Shown: positions 16,893-25,734, counted from the stretch's first letter. The stretch is 64,000 nucleotides of DNA from Eubacteriales bacterium (GCA_045535665.1 JAZSMD010000012.1:4451-68450), one strand, 5' to 3'. The notes: generated by a model not told the origin, from the sequence alone. Program-made: numbers and translations.

Positions 16893-17771
16893 ATGGAAAA
16901 TTATTCTTTTGGAATGAAACTTTCCGAATTGAGAAAACAGAACGGTATGACACAGCTTGATCTTGCCGATAAATTGGGAGTGACGGACAAAGCCGTTTCA
17001 AAATGGGAACGAGACCTTGCATATCCCGAAGTGGAAAATTTAATTAAAATAAGTGATCTTTTCGGAGTGTCCCTAGATTTGTTATTGAAAGGGGAAAGTC
17101 CTTCAGTTGAGACTTCCGATGTATTCAAAAGGAAATATGACGATGTACCTAAAGAAAGTTCTGATTCTCTGAGAAAAATAATCGGAACGGTACTGATATG
17201 TTTCGGTTCTTTGACTTTTCTTGTATTGCTTCTTTGGGGAGGTCTTCTTTCTGCGTTGCTTTTTTCTTCACCGTTTTTTCTTTGCGGTATAGTTTGTTTG
17301 GTTTTTAAGAAACGGTTAGGACTATTCTGCTCCTGGGCGGTGTTTTTGGCTGTTTGTCTGTATTTGGGTTATGCAACAGGAGTGAGTCTCGGTTCAGGAC
17401 TGATTCTCCGAACTATTGCATCAATTACATTTGAAGATAGATTAACTGTTTCAACGATAATTTCCTGGTGTATTTGGCTTATATATTTATCCTTGGTAAT
17501 TTGGACAGCGTTCAGTTTCAGATGGGAAAAGTTTTCGGGAAAAAAGTTTTTGTTGATGATAGTGATTTCTGTTGTGGCATTTGTTTTTCTGACACTTTTT
17601 TCCATTATTTGGAGTCGGATTTTTACCGAATATGCTTTACTGAGCTCCGGAGCGAGATTCCTTAACAGGACTTTTATTTCTTTTATCGGAATTCTCAAAC
17701 ATTTGTCCGTGGTGGTGTTGGTTACGGCATTATTTAATAAATACAGTAACAGACACCGTAATGTAAAATAA
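16893..17771 (+). CDS. membrane-anchored XRE-family HTH regulator (2)
   Basis: HTH_3 N-terminus (LRKQNGMTQLDLADKLGVTDKAVSKWER) plus a multi-TM C-terminal half. GGAGG SD. Confidence 0.8.
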   Translation: MENYSFGMKLSELRKQNGMTQLDLADKLGVTDKAVSKWERDLAYPEVENLIKISDLFGVSLDLLLKGESPSVETSDVFKRKYDDVPKESSDSLRKIIGTVLICFGSLTFLVLLLWGGLLSALLFSSPFFLCGIVCLVFKKRLGLFCSWAVFLAVCLYLGYATGVSLGSGLILRTIASITFEDRLTVSTIISWCIWLIYLSLVIWTAFSFRWEKFSGKKFLLMIVISVVAFVFLTLFSIIWSRIFTEYALLSSGARFLNRTFISFIGILKHLSVVVLVTALFNKYSNRHRNVK

Positions 17772-17783
17772 AAAGAGTATTAA

Positions 17784-17814
17784 AAAGGGGTTGGCTTTAA
17801 GGGCTGATCCCTTT
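17784..17814 (+). terminator. hairpin after XRE-TM 2
   Basis: 12-bp stem including three G-U pairs (AAAGGGGTTGGC / GCTGATCCCTTT). Confidence 0.45.
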
Positions 17815-17950
17815 AATTGATTTTTATAATGATTATAGAAAGTAATTACATTTTATGTGAAAACCTCAGAGGACTATTGGTAAAATTATGATAGACTTTT
17901 ATCTAAAATATCATAAATATTTTTCGGGGGGAATTGTTGATGTATAAATA

Positions 17951-17979
17951 TTGACATTTTGCTGTTTTTATGGTAAAAT
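17951..17979 (+). promoter_or_regulatory. promoter for DUF4838 paralog 2 (TTGACA-17-TGgTAAAAT)
   Basis: Hexamers at 17951..17956 and 17974..17979. Confidence 0.6.
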
Positions 17980-18030
17980 ATATTCAAGTCCTCATTATAC
18001 TAAATTAAAAAAAAGAGAAGGAACAAATCA

Positions 18031-20160
18031 ATGAAAAAACTATTATGTATGCTGCTTACAATGTCTATAATGTTGACTATGCTTGCGGCATGTAATTCCA
18101 AACCTGTTGAAGATGTGGAAAACTCCGACGACAATCAGGCTGGTGAGGAAACAATTGTTTCCGAAACATTGGATATTGTTGTTGACGGTGTTTCCGAATA
18201 TGTAATCGTTCGCGGTGAAAATGCGTCACCTGCCGAAATTACTGCGGCTTCCGAGCTTCAGGCATATCTGAAACAGATAAGCGGAGCTGAAATTGCTGTT
18301 GTTACGGATTCTGTTGAAGCTGTTGAAAAAGAAATAGTTGTCGGCAAGACAAACCGTGAATCTGTCGGCGAATTTGACAGAGAAGAGCTTGGTGATGACG
18401 GTCTCGTTATTAAGACTGTCGGAGAAAAGCTTTTCCTTGTGGGCGGAGAAAAAAGAGGCACTCTTTATGCCGTTTACGAATTTTTGGAAAGCTATCTCGG
18501 TTGCCGTTTCTACACAAGAGAAGTTGAAAAGATTCCCGATTTGAAGACTGTTTCCATTGAAAAAATTGAAGAAGATAAACAGATTCCCGTTGTTATGTTC
18601 CGTGAAGTCGGTTGGCTTGATTATAATAGAGCAGATTTCTGTGTGAAGCGTAAACTTAACAGCTCCTGGGCAGCCTCAATGGGAGAAGAATGGGGAGGCG
18701 AAGAGCCTTGGGTCGGAGGTCACTCCATGTCAATGCTTGTTAACGTAAACGAATATTATGACTCCCATCCTGAATATTTTGCAATGCAATCTAACGGTAA
18801 ACGTGCAAATTCCGCAGGGTTTGATGGTCCGCAGGTATGCCTTTCTAACCCCGAAGTTATAGATATATTGATTGAAAATGTTCGTAATTGGGTTAAATCA
18901 AGCCCCAATACCAGAATTTTCCACATAGGGCAAAATGATAATCAGGATTACTGTGTATGTGATGAGTGCGTTAAGATATATAATGAAGAAGGCGGAGCTT
19001 TGTCCGGCACAATGATAAGAGCCGTGAACGCAGTTGCAACAGCTCTTGCGGATGAATTCCCCGACATCCTTTTCCAGACTTATGCGTATCAGTATACAAG
19101 AAGTGCGCCTAAGACAAAGCCTGCAGATAATGTTATGATAATGCTTTGTAATATTGAAAAATGCGCTTCTCATAAGGTTGATTCCGAATGTTTGGGAGCT
19201 TCCCTTACAACTTTCATTGATGGTTCTTGCAAGACTTTTGCGGAAGACCTTGATGATTGGAAGGCTATTTGCGACAAGGTATATATTTATGAGTACCATA
19301 TGAACTGGGGTGATTATCATTGCACCTTGCCAGATTTCCATAATTTGTATTATGATACTCAGTATTATGTAAATCACAATGCTGTAGGTATTCTTTCTCA
19401 GGGCAAAACTCAGGGGTACTGTATGGAATTCGGAGAACTCCGCACATACTTGCTTTCAAAGCTTTTCTGGAATCCCTATATGACAGAAGATGAATATTGG
19501 GCTCTTATGGATGAATTCCTTAAGGACGTTTACGGTCCGGGTTGGACTTATTTGAAGGAATATATCGAACTTGCCGAATCTGTTACGGAAGATCATTGCT
19601 TCGGATATTCTGCCGAGGTTACAGAGTATTATCCTCTCGAAACAGTTGATGTCAACGACCGAACTTCTTATCCTGCAGAGATCACTGCCGATATGCTCCT
19701 TAATTATGAAAATGTCGATTGGACTCGATATTGGAATTGGTTTAAGACCGTTAAAGAAAGCCCCATAACAGCTCAGGGTTCAGAGCTTTTTGCAAAAGCT
19801 GTTGAAATGGCTGAAACAGAGTCTCAAAAGAGACAGCTTGATAAGATATCTACCCAGATAGAGCTTTTGTATTCATATTATTTGTATGAAGTTTACAGTG
19901 CAGGTAGCGGTGCTGTCGGAAAGATCATTACTAATTTTTACAATGCCAACCCCGATGCTGTTGAAAAAGCCCAAAGGGCAGAGCTTCGTAAGAATATAAT
20001 AGCGTTTGCTTCTGCTCAGGGCAGTGCTTCATATGAAAATTATAACAAAATGCTTGTTGAAAAAATGCAGAAATACGGTCAGTATTACAGGGAATACGGT
20101 CCGCTTTCAAGTGCCGATAGTTTTATTTACAAAAATTCCCCCAGAGATTGGTTAGATTGA
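18031..20160 (+). CDS. DUF4838-family lipoprotein (paralog 2)
   Basis: Lipobox LAAC. Same conserved blocks as 11034 and 53811, including IGQNDNQDYCVCDEC. Confidence 0.8.
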   Translation: MKKLLCMLLTMSIMLTMLAACNSKPVEDVENSDDNQAGEETIVSETLDIVVDGVSEYVIVRGENASPAEITAASELQAYLKQISGAEIAVVTDSVEAVEKEIVVGKTNRESVGEFDREELGDDGLVIKTVGEKLFLVGGEKRGTLYAVYEFLESYLGCRFYTREVEKIPDLKTVSIEKIEEDKQIPVVMFREVGWLDYNRADFCVKRKLNSSWAASMGEEWGGEEPWVGGHSMSMLVNVNEYYDSHPEYFAMQSNGKRANSAGFDGPQVCLSNPEVIDILIENVRNWVKSSPNTRIFHIGQNDNQDYCVCDECVKIYNEEGGALSGTMIRAVNAVATALADEFPDILFQTYAYQYTRSAPKTKPADNVMIMLCNIEKCASHKVDSECLGASLTTFIDGSCKTFAEDLDDWKAICDKVYIYEYHMNWGDYHCTLPDFHNLYYDTQYYVNHNAVGILSQGKTQGYCMEFGELRTYLLSKLFWNPYMTEDEYWALMDEFLKDVYGPGWTYLKEYIELAESVTEDHCFGYSAEVTEYYPLETVDVNDRTSYPAEITADMLLNYENVDWTRYWNWFKTVKESPITAQGSELFAKAVEMAETESQKRQLDKISTQIELLYSYYLYEVYSAGSGAVGKIITNFYNANPDAVEKAQRAELRKNIIAFASAQGSASYENYNKMLVEKMQKYGQYYREYGPLSSADSFIYKNSPRDWLD

Positions 20161-20189
20161 TAATTGAGAGAACTTAAATAAAAAACCTT

Positions 20190-20233
20190 CTTTTACTGTT
20201 AAGAAATTTTGAGAAATTTCTTAACAGTAAAAA
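20190..20233 (+). terminator. terminator after DUF4838 paralog 2
   Basis: 20-bp perfect stem with a 4-nt loop (TGAG). Confidence 0.7.
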
Positions 20234-20239
20234 GTTTGG

Positions 20240-20268
20240 TTGACAAAACACATGATTTATGGTATAAT
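20240..20268 (+). promoter_or_regulatory. promoter for the 20333 HTH gene (TTGACA-17-TGgTATAAT)
   Basis: Full consensus hexamers at 20240..20245 and 20263..20268. Confidence 0.6.
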
Positions 20269-20332
20269 ATATGTAAGGTATCAATAAATAATGAATTTAT
20301 GCTGTCGCGTTAGCGACGGAATGGAGATTACT

Positions 20333-20866
20333 ATGTATATTTACGGAAAACATCCGGAAAACTATGAAAAATGTGAAAAGCAGTCACAGAAAGATGAAGA
20401 AAAGCTTATATATGAGCTGAAAACAACAAGAAGAAATCAGAAGATATCACAGTCTGAATTGGCGCACAGATGCGGTTTGACTCAGTCATCCGTCGGTCGT
20501 TTTGAGAAATTTGAGCCCAATTACAGATGTACATTGAGAATTTTTCTGAAGATCGTAAGAGGTCTCGGTTATGAGATAACTCTTACGCCTATCGAACAGG
20601 AAGTTGCAGAAACTAAAAAATTTTTTATGCAGACAAAAGATTATCCTTCAGGTATCTCTTTGTCTGAAAAGAAAGTATATAAGTGCATTTTTGAAAACGG
20701 AGAGGCTACACGTCCTCGTTTGATAAAAGAGATAGATCTTTGCTCCAGAACAATAGACAGAGCTTTGATTACTCTTTCCGAGAAGAACCTCATTGAATGC
20801 TCAGGTAATCAACGCCGCCGTGTCTGGAAAGTCGTTAAAGAATTTGCACCTTCTGAGAAAAAATAA
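20333..20866 (+). CDS. cytoplasmic DNA-binding protein: XRE-type HTH plus C-terminal winged-helix-like domain
   Basis: ISQSELAHRCGLTQSSVGRFE HTH segment. C-terminus (ATRPRLIKEIDLCSRTIDRALITLSEKNLIE) is MarR/wHTH-like. Consensus promoter 20240..20268. GGAG SD before ATG 20333. Confidence 0.6.
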   Translation: MYIYGKHPENYEKCEKQSQKDEEKLIYELKTTRRNQKISQSELAHRCGLTQSSVGRFEKFEPNYRCTLRIFLKIVRGLGYEITLTPIEQEVAETKKFFMQTKDYPSGISLSEKKVYKCIFENGEATRPRLIKEIDLCSRTIDRALITLSEKNLIECSGNQRRRVWKVVKEFAPSEKK

Positions 20867-20887
20867 AAATTTTGTCTGTAATAATTT

Positions 20888-20918
20888 GAGAGGAAGCTTT
20901 TGCGAAAAGCTTCCTCTT
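20888..20918. terminator. hairpin between convergent ORFs
   Basis: GAGAGGAAGCTTTT-GCG-AAAAGCTTCCTCT stem, between the gene ending at 20866 (+) and the remnant ending at 20951 (-). Confidence 0.6.
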
Positions 20919-20950
20919 ATTTCACATTTAATTAATAGTTTTAGTTGGTT

Positions 20951-21220
20951 TTATTTAAGTGTTCGGTGTTTAATCATTTTGAATGCAAGAGCTGTTATTT
21001 TATCTCCTGCGTATTTGTCCAAAAAGCTACCTTCACACAGCTTTGCTTCATATATATCCGTATCCATAAGCTCGGAAAGGGGGATATATCCATGAGCGCC
21101 GTTTGCAAGTGTTGCGAAAATACACTTTGTATGGGGACATTCCTTTCGGATTCTTTCCGCATATTGGTGGTACATCTCTCCGGGCATGAACTGTCCTAAA
21201 GGTAGTTTTTTTCCGTTCAT
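20951..21220 (-). pseudogene. C-terminal remnant of a ceramidase-like hypothetical protein
   Basis: The 89-aa ORF has no SD and only 37 nt to the upstream gene. The sequence (PGEMYHQYAERIRKE...ATLANGAHGYIPLSE...) looks like the C-terminal portion of much longer proteins. Confidence 0.35.
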
Positions 21221-21257
21221 AAAAAGCGCATTTCAAGGATAATTTCTTCTTTCAACT

Positions 21258-22208
21258 TTATTTTCGGTGTGTATCTGCTTTTTTATGTTTTCTGAATTTT
21301 GCTGTGATGAGTTCTGAAAGTTGAGAGAAGATAATTGCGATAAACATGATTATACAGCCGAAGGTCTCTCTTCCTGTAAGGGATTCGTTGAGCAATATTG
21401 CTCCGCAAAGAACCCCGAATACGGACTCAAGACACATGAGCAAAGATGCGAGTGTTGCTTCCGTATATTTTTGACCTACGATCTGGAAGGTATACGCCAT
21501 ACCGCAGCTCATAATTCCTGAGTAGAGTAACGGAATAGTTGCATTGAGAAGATTTCCCATGTTCGGTTCTTCAAAAATAAACATAAGAATACATGATAGC
21601 AAGCCTGAAACTGTAAATTGGATGCAGGAGAGTTTGATTCCGTCCACATCAGGTGCAAATTTTTCGATAGCAAGGATTTGCAGAGCGAAAAACATTGAAC
21701 AGATAAAGGCTAAAAAGTCTCCCTGATTTATTGCAACTGCAGAACTCGGATCGATACAGAGAAAATACATTCCCAAGCATCCGCCCGCAACGCATAACCA
21801 AGTAATTAGAGGGACTCTTTTTTTTATGAATAACCCGAAAACGGGTACAAAAAACATATAAAAAGCTGAAATAAAAGCGATTTTTCCTGAATCGGAGTGG
21901 TAAAAAGCAAATTGCTGAAAGTTTGTTGCAACGCAAAGTATCACACCTAAAACAGAACCGTAAATGAGGGTTTTCTTGTCAAATAGCCTGTGATTTTTAC
22001 GTTCTTCATCGGAAAGCTTCTTTACAGCAAACTTATCTCTGATAAAAATAAAGGGGAGCAGTACCGCAGCCCCCATTAAAGTCCTTACTCCGTTAAAGGT
22101 AAAGGCGTCAACAGAGTCCATTCCGACACTTTGCGCAACAAATGAAGAACCCCATATGAATGCTGTAAGTAAGAGCATCATTACGCCCTTGAATTGTGTT
22201 TTTTTCAA
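21258..22208 (-). CDS. EamA/DMT family transporter
   Basis: 10-TM profile with N-terminus KKTQFKGVMMLLLTAFIWGSSF. Start ambiguous: TTG at 22208 with AAGGA SD preferred, GTG at 22238 possible. Confidence 0.75.
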   Translation of the reverse strand: MKKTQFKGVMMLLLTAFIWGSSFVAQSVGMDSVDAFTFNGVRTLMGAAVLLPFIFIRDKFAVKKLSDEERKNHRLFDKKTLIYGSVLGVILCVATNFQQFAFYHSDSGKIAFISAFYMFFVPVFGLFIKKRVPLITWLCVAGGCLGMYFLCIDPSSAVAINQGDFLAFICSMFFALQILAIEKFAPDVDGIKLSCIQFTVSGLLSCILMFIFEEPNMGNLLNATIPLLYSGIMSCGMAYTFQIVGQKYTEATLASLLMCLESVFGVLCGAILLNESLTGRETFGCIIMFIAIIFSQLSELITAKFRKHKKADTHRK

Positions 22209-22466
22209 TATGATCAAATCCTTTTTTATAAATACCACGATATTATATCAAAATGGGTCCTAAAAGTCAATAAAAAAACTATGAAATATGTGTTTTTACG
22301 TCTGATAACTAAGTAGTGTGTTAAAGTTGTATGACAAAATTGGGAATACTATTGCTTTTTTTGACAGAATAGTGTATAATAATTCAGGTATTATCGCAAT
22401 TTTATTACAATACAGAAAATTTCCATTGCGATGATTTTAATTAAACAGAAAATTGGAGGAAGTATT

Positions 22467-24050
22467 ATGAATGGTAATACTATTCAGATATTGATTGCAA
22501 TGGTCATTTATATGGCGGTAGTAATAGCGATCGGTATCTATTTTGCGAAAAAAGCAAATAAAAACTCTGAGAGTTATTTTCTCGGTGGCAGATCTCTCGG
22601 ACCTTGGGTAACAGCAATGAGTGCTGAAGCTTCCGATATGAGTGGCTGGCTCCTTATGGGTCTTCCCGGTGTTGCATATTGGTGCGGTCTTGCCGAAGCT
22701 ACATGGACAGCTCTCGGTCTTGCAGTTGGTACATATATCAACTGGCTCATCGTTTCAAAAAGACTTCGTCGTTACAGTGTAAGAGCTAATAACTCCATTA
22801 CATTGCCCGAATTCTTCTCAAACAGATTCCGCGAAAAGAATAAAGTTATTATGACCGTGTCGGCACTCTTTATTCTCGTATTCTTTACGGTCTATGCTGC
22901 AAGCTGTTTTGTAACTTGCGGTAAGCTTTTCTCTTCACTTTTCGGTATGCCTTATGTAAGGATGATGATCATTGGTGCTATCTTCGTTCTTTTGTATACA
23001 ATCCTTGGCGGATTCCTTGCTGAAAGTGCTTCTGACTTTATGCAGGCTATCGTTATGATCGTTGCTCTTGCAGTTATTGTTATTATCGGTACTGTAAACG
23101 CAGGCGGTATAGGGGCTGTTATTGATAATGCAGATAATATTCCCGGATTCCTTGAGCTTTTCGGAATCGCAACACCTACAGTAGGAGCTGACGGTCTCCA
23201 GGTTGTTGAAAACGGTGCTCCTCTCTTCGGTGAAGCTGCTCCTTACAGTATTCTTACTATCTGTTCTCTTATGGCTTGGGGTCTCGGTTACTTCGGTATG
23301 CCTCAGGTTCTTCTCCGCTTTATGGCTATCCGTAAAGAGGATGAACTCAAACGTTCCAGAAGAATTGCTACTGTTTGGGTCGTAATTTCTCTTGCTGTTG
23401 CCGTATTTATCGGTGTTGTCGGAAGAAATCTCTTCCCTGTAGAGCATCTTACAGCATCTTCTGCAGAAAATATTTTTATAACTTTGGCAACAAGTTCCTT
23501 GCCCTCAATTCTTGCAGGTTTTGTAATGGCAGGTATTCTTGCCGCAACTATCAGCTCTTCCGACTCTTACCTTCTTATTGCAGCTTCCGCTGTTGCTAAG
23601 AATATTTATCAGGGCGTTGTTAAGAAGAAGGCTACAGATAAACAGGTTATGCTCGTCACAAGAATTACTCTTCTTGTAATTGCAATTATTGCTATAATCA
23701 TCGCTCTTGATGAAGACAGCGTTATTTTCAGAGTTGTATCTTTTGCTTGGGCCGGTTTCGGTGCTACATTTGGTCCTCTCATGCTCTTCTCTCTCTTCTG
23801 GAAGAGAGTCAACAGAGCAGGTGCTATTGCAGGTATGATCAGCGGTGCAAGCATGGTATTCTTCTGGAAACTTGTCATCAGTAAGCTTGGCGGCGTATTT
23901 GCTATATATGAGCTCCTTCCCGCATTCATCTTCTCATCCATCGTTATCGTTGTCGTTTCACTTCTCACAGCTCCTCCCTCTAAGGAAATTGAAGAGGACT
24001 TTGAAGCTGTTAAAGCCGGAAATGTTCCCGATGCTGTAGTTGAAAAATAA
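22467..24050 (+). CDS. putP: sodium:solute symporter, proline type
   Basis: SSF-family N-terminus (YFLGGRSLGPWVTAMSAEASDMSGWLLMGLPG). GGAGG SD before ATG 22467. Strong terminator 24074..24123. Confidence 0.8.
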   Translation: MNGNTIQILIAMVIYMAVVIAIGIYFAKKANKNSESYFLGGRSLGPWVTAMSAEASDMSGWLLMGLPGVAYWCGLAEATWTALGLAVGTYINWLIVSKRLRRYSVRANNSITLPEFFSNRFREKNKVIMTVSALFILVFFTVYAASCFVTCGKLFSSLFGMPYVRMMIIGAIFVLLYTILGGFLAESASDFMQAIVMIVALAVIVIIGTVNAGGIGAVIDNADNIPGFLELFGIATPTVGADGLQVVENGAPLFGEAAPYSILTICSLMAWGLGYFGMPQVLLRFMAIRKEDELKRSRRIATVWVVISLAVAVFIGVVGRNLFPVEHLTASSAENIFITLATSSLPSILAGFVMAGILAATISSSDSYLLIAASAVAKNIYQGVVKKKATDKQVMLVTRITLLVIAIIAIIIALDEDSVIFRVVSFAWAGFGATFGPLMLFSLFWKRVNRAGAIAGMISGASMVFFWKLVISKLGGVFAIYELLPAFIFSSIVIVVVSLLTAPPSKEIEEDFEAVKAGNVPDAVVEK

Positions 24051-24073
24051 TCATTAATTAATTTTGAATGGTT

Positions 24074-24123
24074 CGATTCCTTTAGGATGTATTTCTTTAT
24101 CCTGAAGGAATCGCTTATTTTTA
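24074..24123 (+). terminator. terminator after putP
   Basis: 15-bp stem with one mismatch (CGATTCCTTTAGGAT / ATCCTGAAGGAATCG), followed by a T-rich tail. Confidence 0.7.
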
Positions 24124-24176
24124 TGTCATCCGACAAAAGTTTCATTTAACTTTTTTAGGGAAAAAGTTGTGTTATA

Positions 24177-24205
24177 TTGACATTTTTATGTGTGTAATGT
24201 ATAAT
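24177..24205 (+). promoter_or_regulatory. promoter for the lipoprotein gene at 24262 (TTGACA-17-TATAAT)
   Basis: Full consensus hexamers at 24177..24182 and 24200..24205. Confidence 0.6.
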
Positions 24206-24220
24206 AAAAATGAGGTGAAA

Positions 24221-24244
24221 AGTTTGAAAATAAATTTTCAAACT
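24221..24244. promoter_or_regulatory. perfect 24-bp palindrome AGTTTGAAAAT-AA-ATTTTCAAACT, copy B
   Basis: Same 11-bp arms as 15030..15053, and also shares the 5' flank GGTG(T)AAA. Starts 16 nt after the -10 box. Confidence 0.5.
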
Positions 24245-24261
24245 CTATAATAAAGAAAGTC

Positions 24262-24870
24262 ATGGTACTAATTATGTCATATATTATAAGATATTCTTCT
24301 TTTGTCGTTTTGTTTACTTTAATTCTTTCCCTTTACGGTTGCGGAGAAAGACAGTATCCTTCGTGGGTGCCTTATGAAGATCTTCCCGAGGGGTACACTC
24401 TTGAAGAAGCAAAGAAAGATAATTGCGTTGTGGAAGAAAACGGTGACGTTACTTCAGGGAAGGAAGTTTGGGAAAGCTTTTTGAAAAAGACTGAGAATAA
24501 TGAGCCTGCTTCAGTTCGTATGGTTCATTACTATACTCTCGGAGACAAAGAGCGTTATGATGAATCATATTACGAAAGTATCAAAAACGATTATCCGAAA
24601 ATGTATATTTTAGATCTTGAATTTGACGGGGGAAAATATATATGGACGGATTATTCAGATGAAGAGCATCGTGTTTCCGAGTACAAATACTTGATTCGCT
24701 ATGATTATACCGATCCACCCGAGGGTGCAACCATTAAATCTGCGGTATATTATATTTTGGTGAATGAAAATACTTATACTTGGGATCAGATCCAAAGGAG
24801 TATGTACAGTTCTCTATCAACCGATTGGATAGATTTCAAATATACTTATACGGAATATGATTATAAATAA
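24262..24870 (+). CDS. putative lipoprotein (possibly DUF4362-like)
   Basis: Signal peptide with lipobox LSLYGC. Y/D/E-rich mature part. Start uncertain (24262 or 24274). The promoter carries the 24-bp palindrome. Confidence 0.55.
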   Translation: MVLIMSYIIRYSSFVVLFTLILSLYGCGERQYPSWVPYEDLPEGYTLEEAKKDNCVVEENGDVTSGKEVWESFLKKTENNEPASVRMVHYYTLGDKERYDESYYESIKNDYPKMYILDLEFDGGKYIWTDYSDEEHRVSEYKYLIRYDYTDPPEGATIKSAVYYILVNENTYTWDQIQRSMYSSLSTDWIDFKYTYTEYDYK

Positions 24871-24909
24871 TTCAGATTATTAAATCGGTTTTCTTTTGAA
24901 GAGTGTACG

Positions 24910-24949
24910 GGAGAAACTTTTCTTTTTTCGTGAAAAGAAAAGTTTCTCC
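24910..24949. terminator. GGAGAAACTTTT-family palindromic terminator (copy d)
   Basis: 17-bp perfect stem with loop TTCGTG, between convergent genes ending at 24870 (+) and 24963 (-). Confidence 0.65.
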
Positions 24950-24962
24950 TGTAAATTGTATA

Positions 24963-25661
24963 TTATTCTAATATATTTCCATTTGTGGAAATTGTCACTA
25001 CGTTCCAGGGGATGAATTTACCGCTTGCCATCAAAGCTCGTTTAACGGCATTTTCGATACCTCCGCAGCAGGGAACTTCCATTCTTACGACGGTAACACT
25101 CTTAATGTCGCTGAGTGCGATTATCTTTGTCAGCTTTTCCGCATAGTCAACTTCGTCAAGCTTTGGGCAACCAATCAAAGTTACACGTTTGCGTATGAAT
25201 TCCTGATGGAAATTAGCGTAGGCATATGCTGTACAGTCAGCGGCAATAAGCAAATTTGCGCCGTTGAAGTAGGGGGCATTCACGGGTGCTAGTTTTATCT
25301 GAACGGGCCAGTTTGTCAGCTGATTTACAACGGCTGTGGGTTTTGAAATGTTGCATGCTTCTTCTCTTTTGAATGTTTTTACATTACTTCCGGGACATCC
25401 GCAAGGGAGCTTTTCTTCTGCTTTTTTCTTTTTAGATTCGAGAACTGCCGCTTCGTCGTAAGCGGGAGCTTCTCTTTCTTCAAATGTTATTGCTCCTGTA
25501 GGACAAGCGGGAAGGCAATCACCCAATCCGTCACAGTAGTGTTCTTTGGTGAGTTTTGCTTTTCCGTTGATCATTTCTATTGCACCTTCGTGGCAGGCTG
25601 TTGCACAAGCTCCGCAACCGTTACATTTAGATTCATCTATTTTGATTATTTTACGTTTCAT
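24963..25661 (-). CDS. 4Fe-4S dicluster domain protein
   Basis: CNGCGACATACHEG and CDGLGDCLPACP ferredoxin motifs plus a Cys-containing C-terminal domain. AAGGAG SD. Divergent from the Crp/Fnr gene. Confidence 0.75.
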   Translation of the reverse strand: MKRKIIKIDESKCNGCGACATACHEGAIEMINGKAKLTKEHYCDGLGDCLPACPTGAITFEEREAPAYDEAAVLESKKKKAEEKLPCGCPGSNVKTFKREEACNISKPTAVVNQLTNWPVQIKLAPVNAPYFNGANLLIAADCTAYAYANFHQEFIRKRVTLIGCPKLDEVDYAEKLTKIIALSDIKSVTVVRMEVPCCGGIENAVKRALMASGKFIPWNVVTISTNGNILE

Positions 25662-25690
25662 AATTTTTTTCTCCTTTTTTCGTTTCCCTC

Positions 25691-25719
25691 TTGATTTTAC
25701 GAGAATATTATACTATAAT
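25691..25719 (+). promoter_or_regulatory. promoter for the Crp/Fnr gene (TTGATT-17-TATAAT)
   Basis: Hexamers at 25691..25696 and 25714..25719 in the divergent intergenic region. Confidence 0.5.
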
Positions 25720-25734
25720 ATAGACATAATGTAT

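Noticed and set aside
24068-24082. tRNA T-arm-like string GGTTCGATTCC just after putP.
   Set aside because: It is the 5' arm of the 15-bp putP terminator hairpin (24074..24113). No acceptor, D or anticodon arms can be drawn around it.
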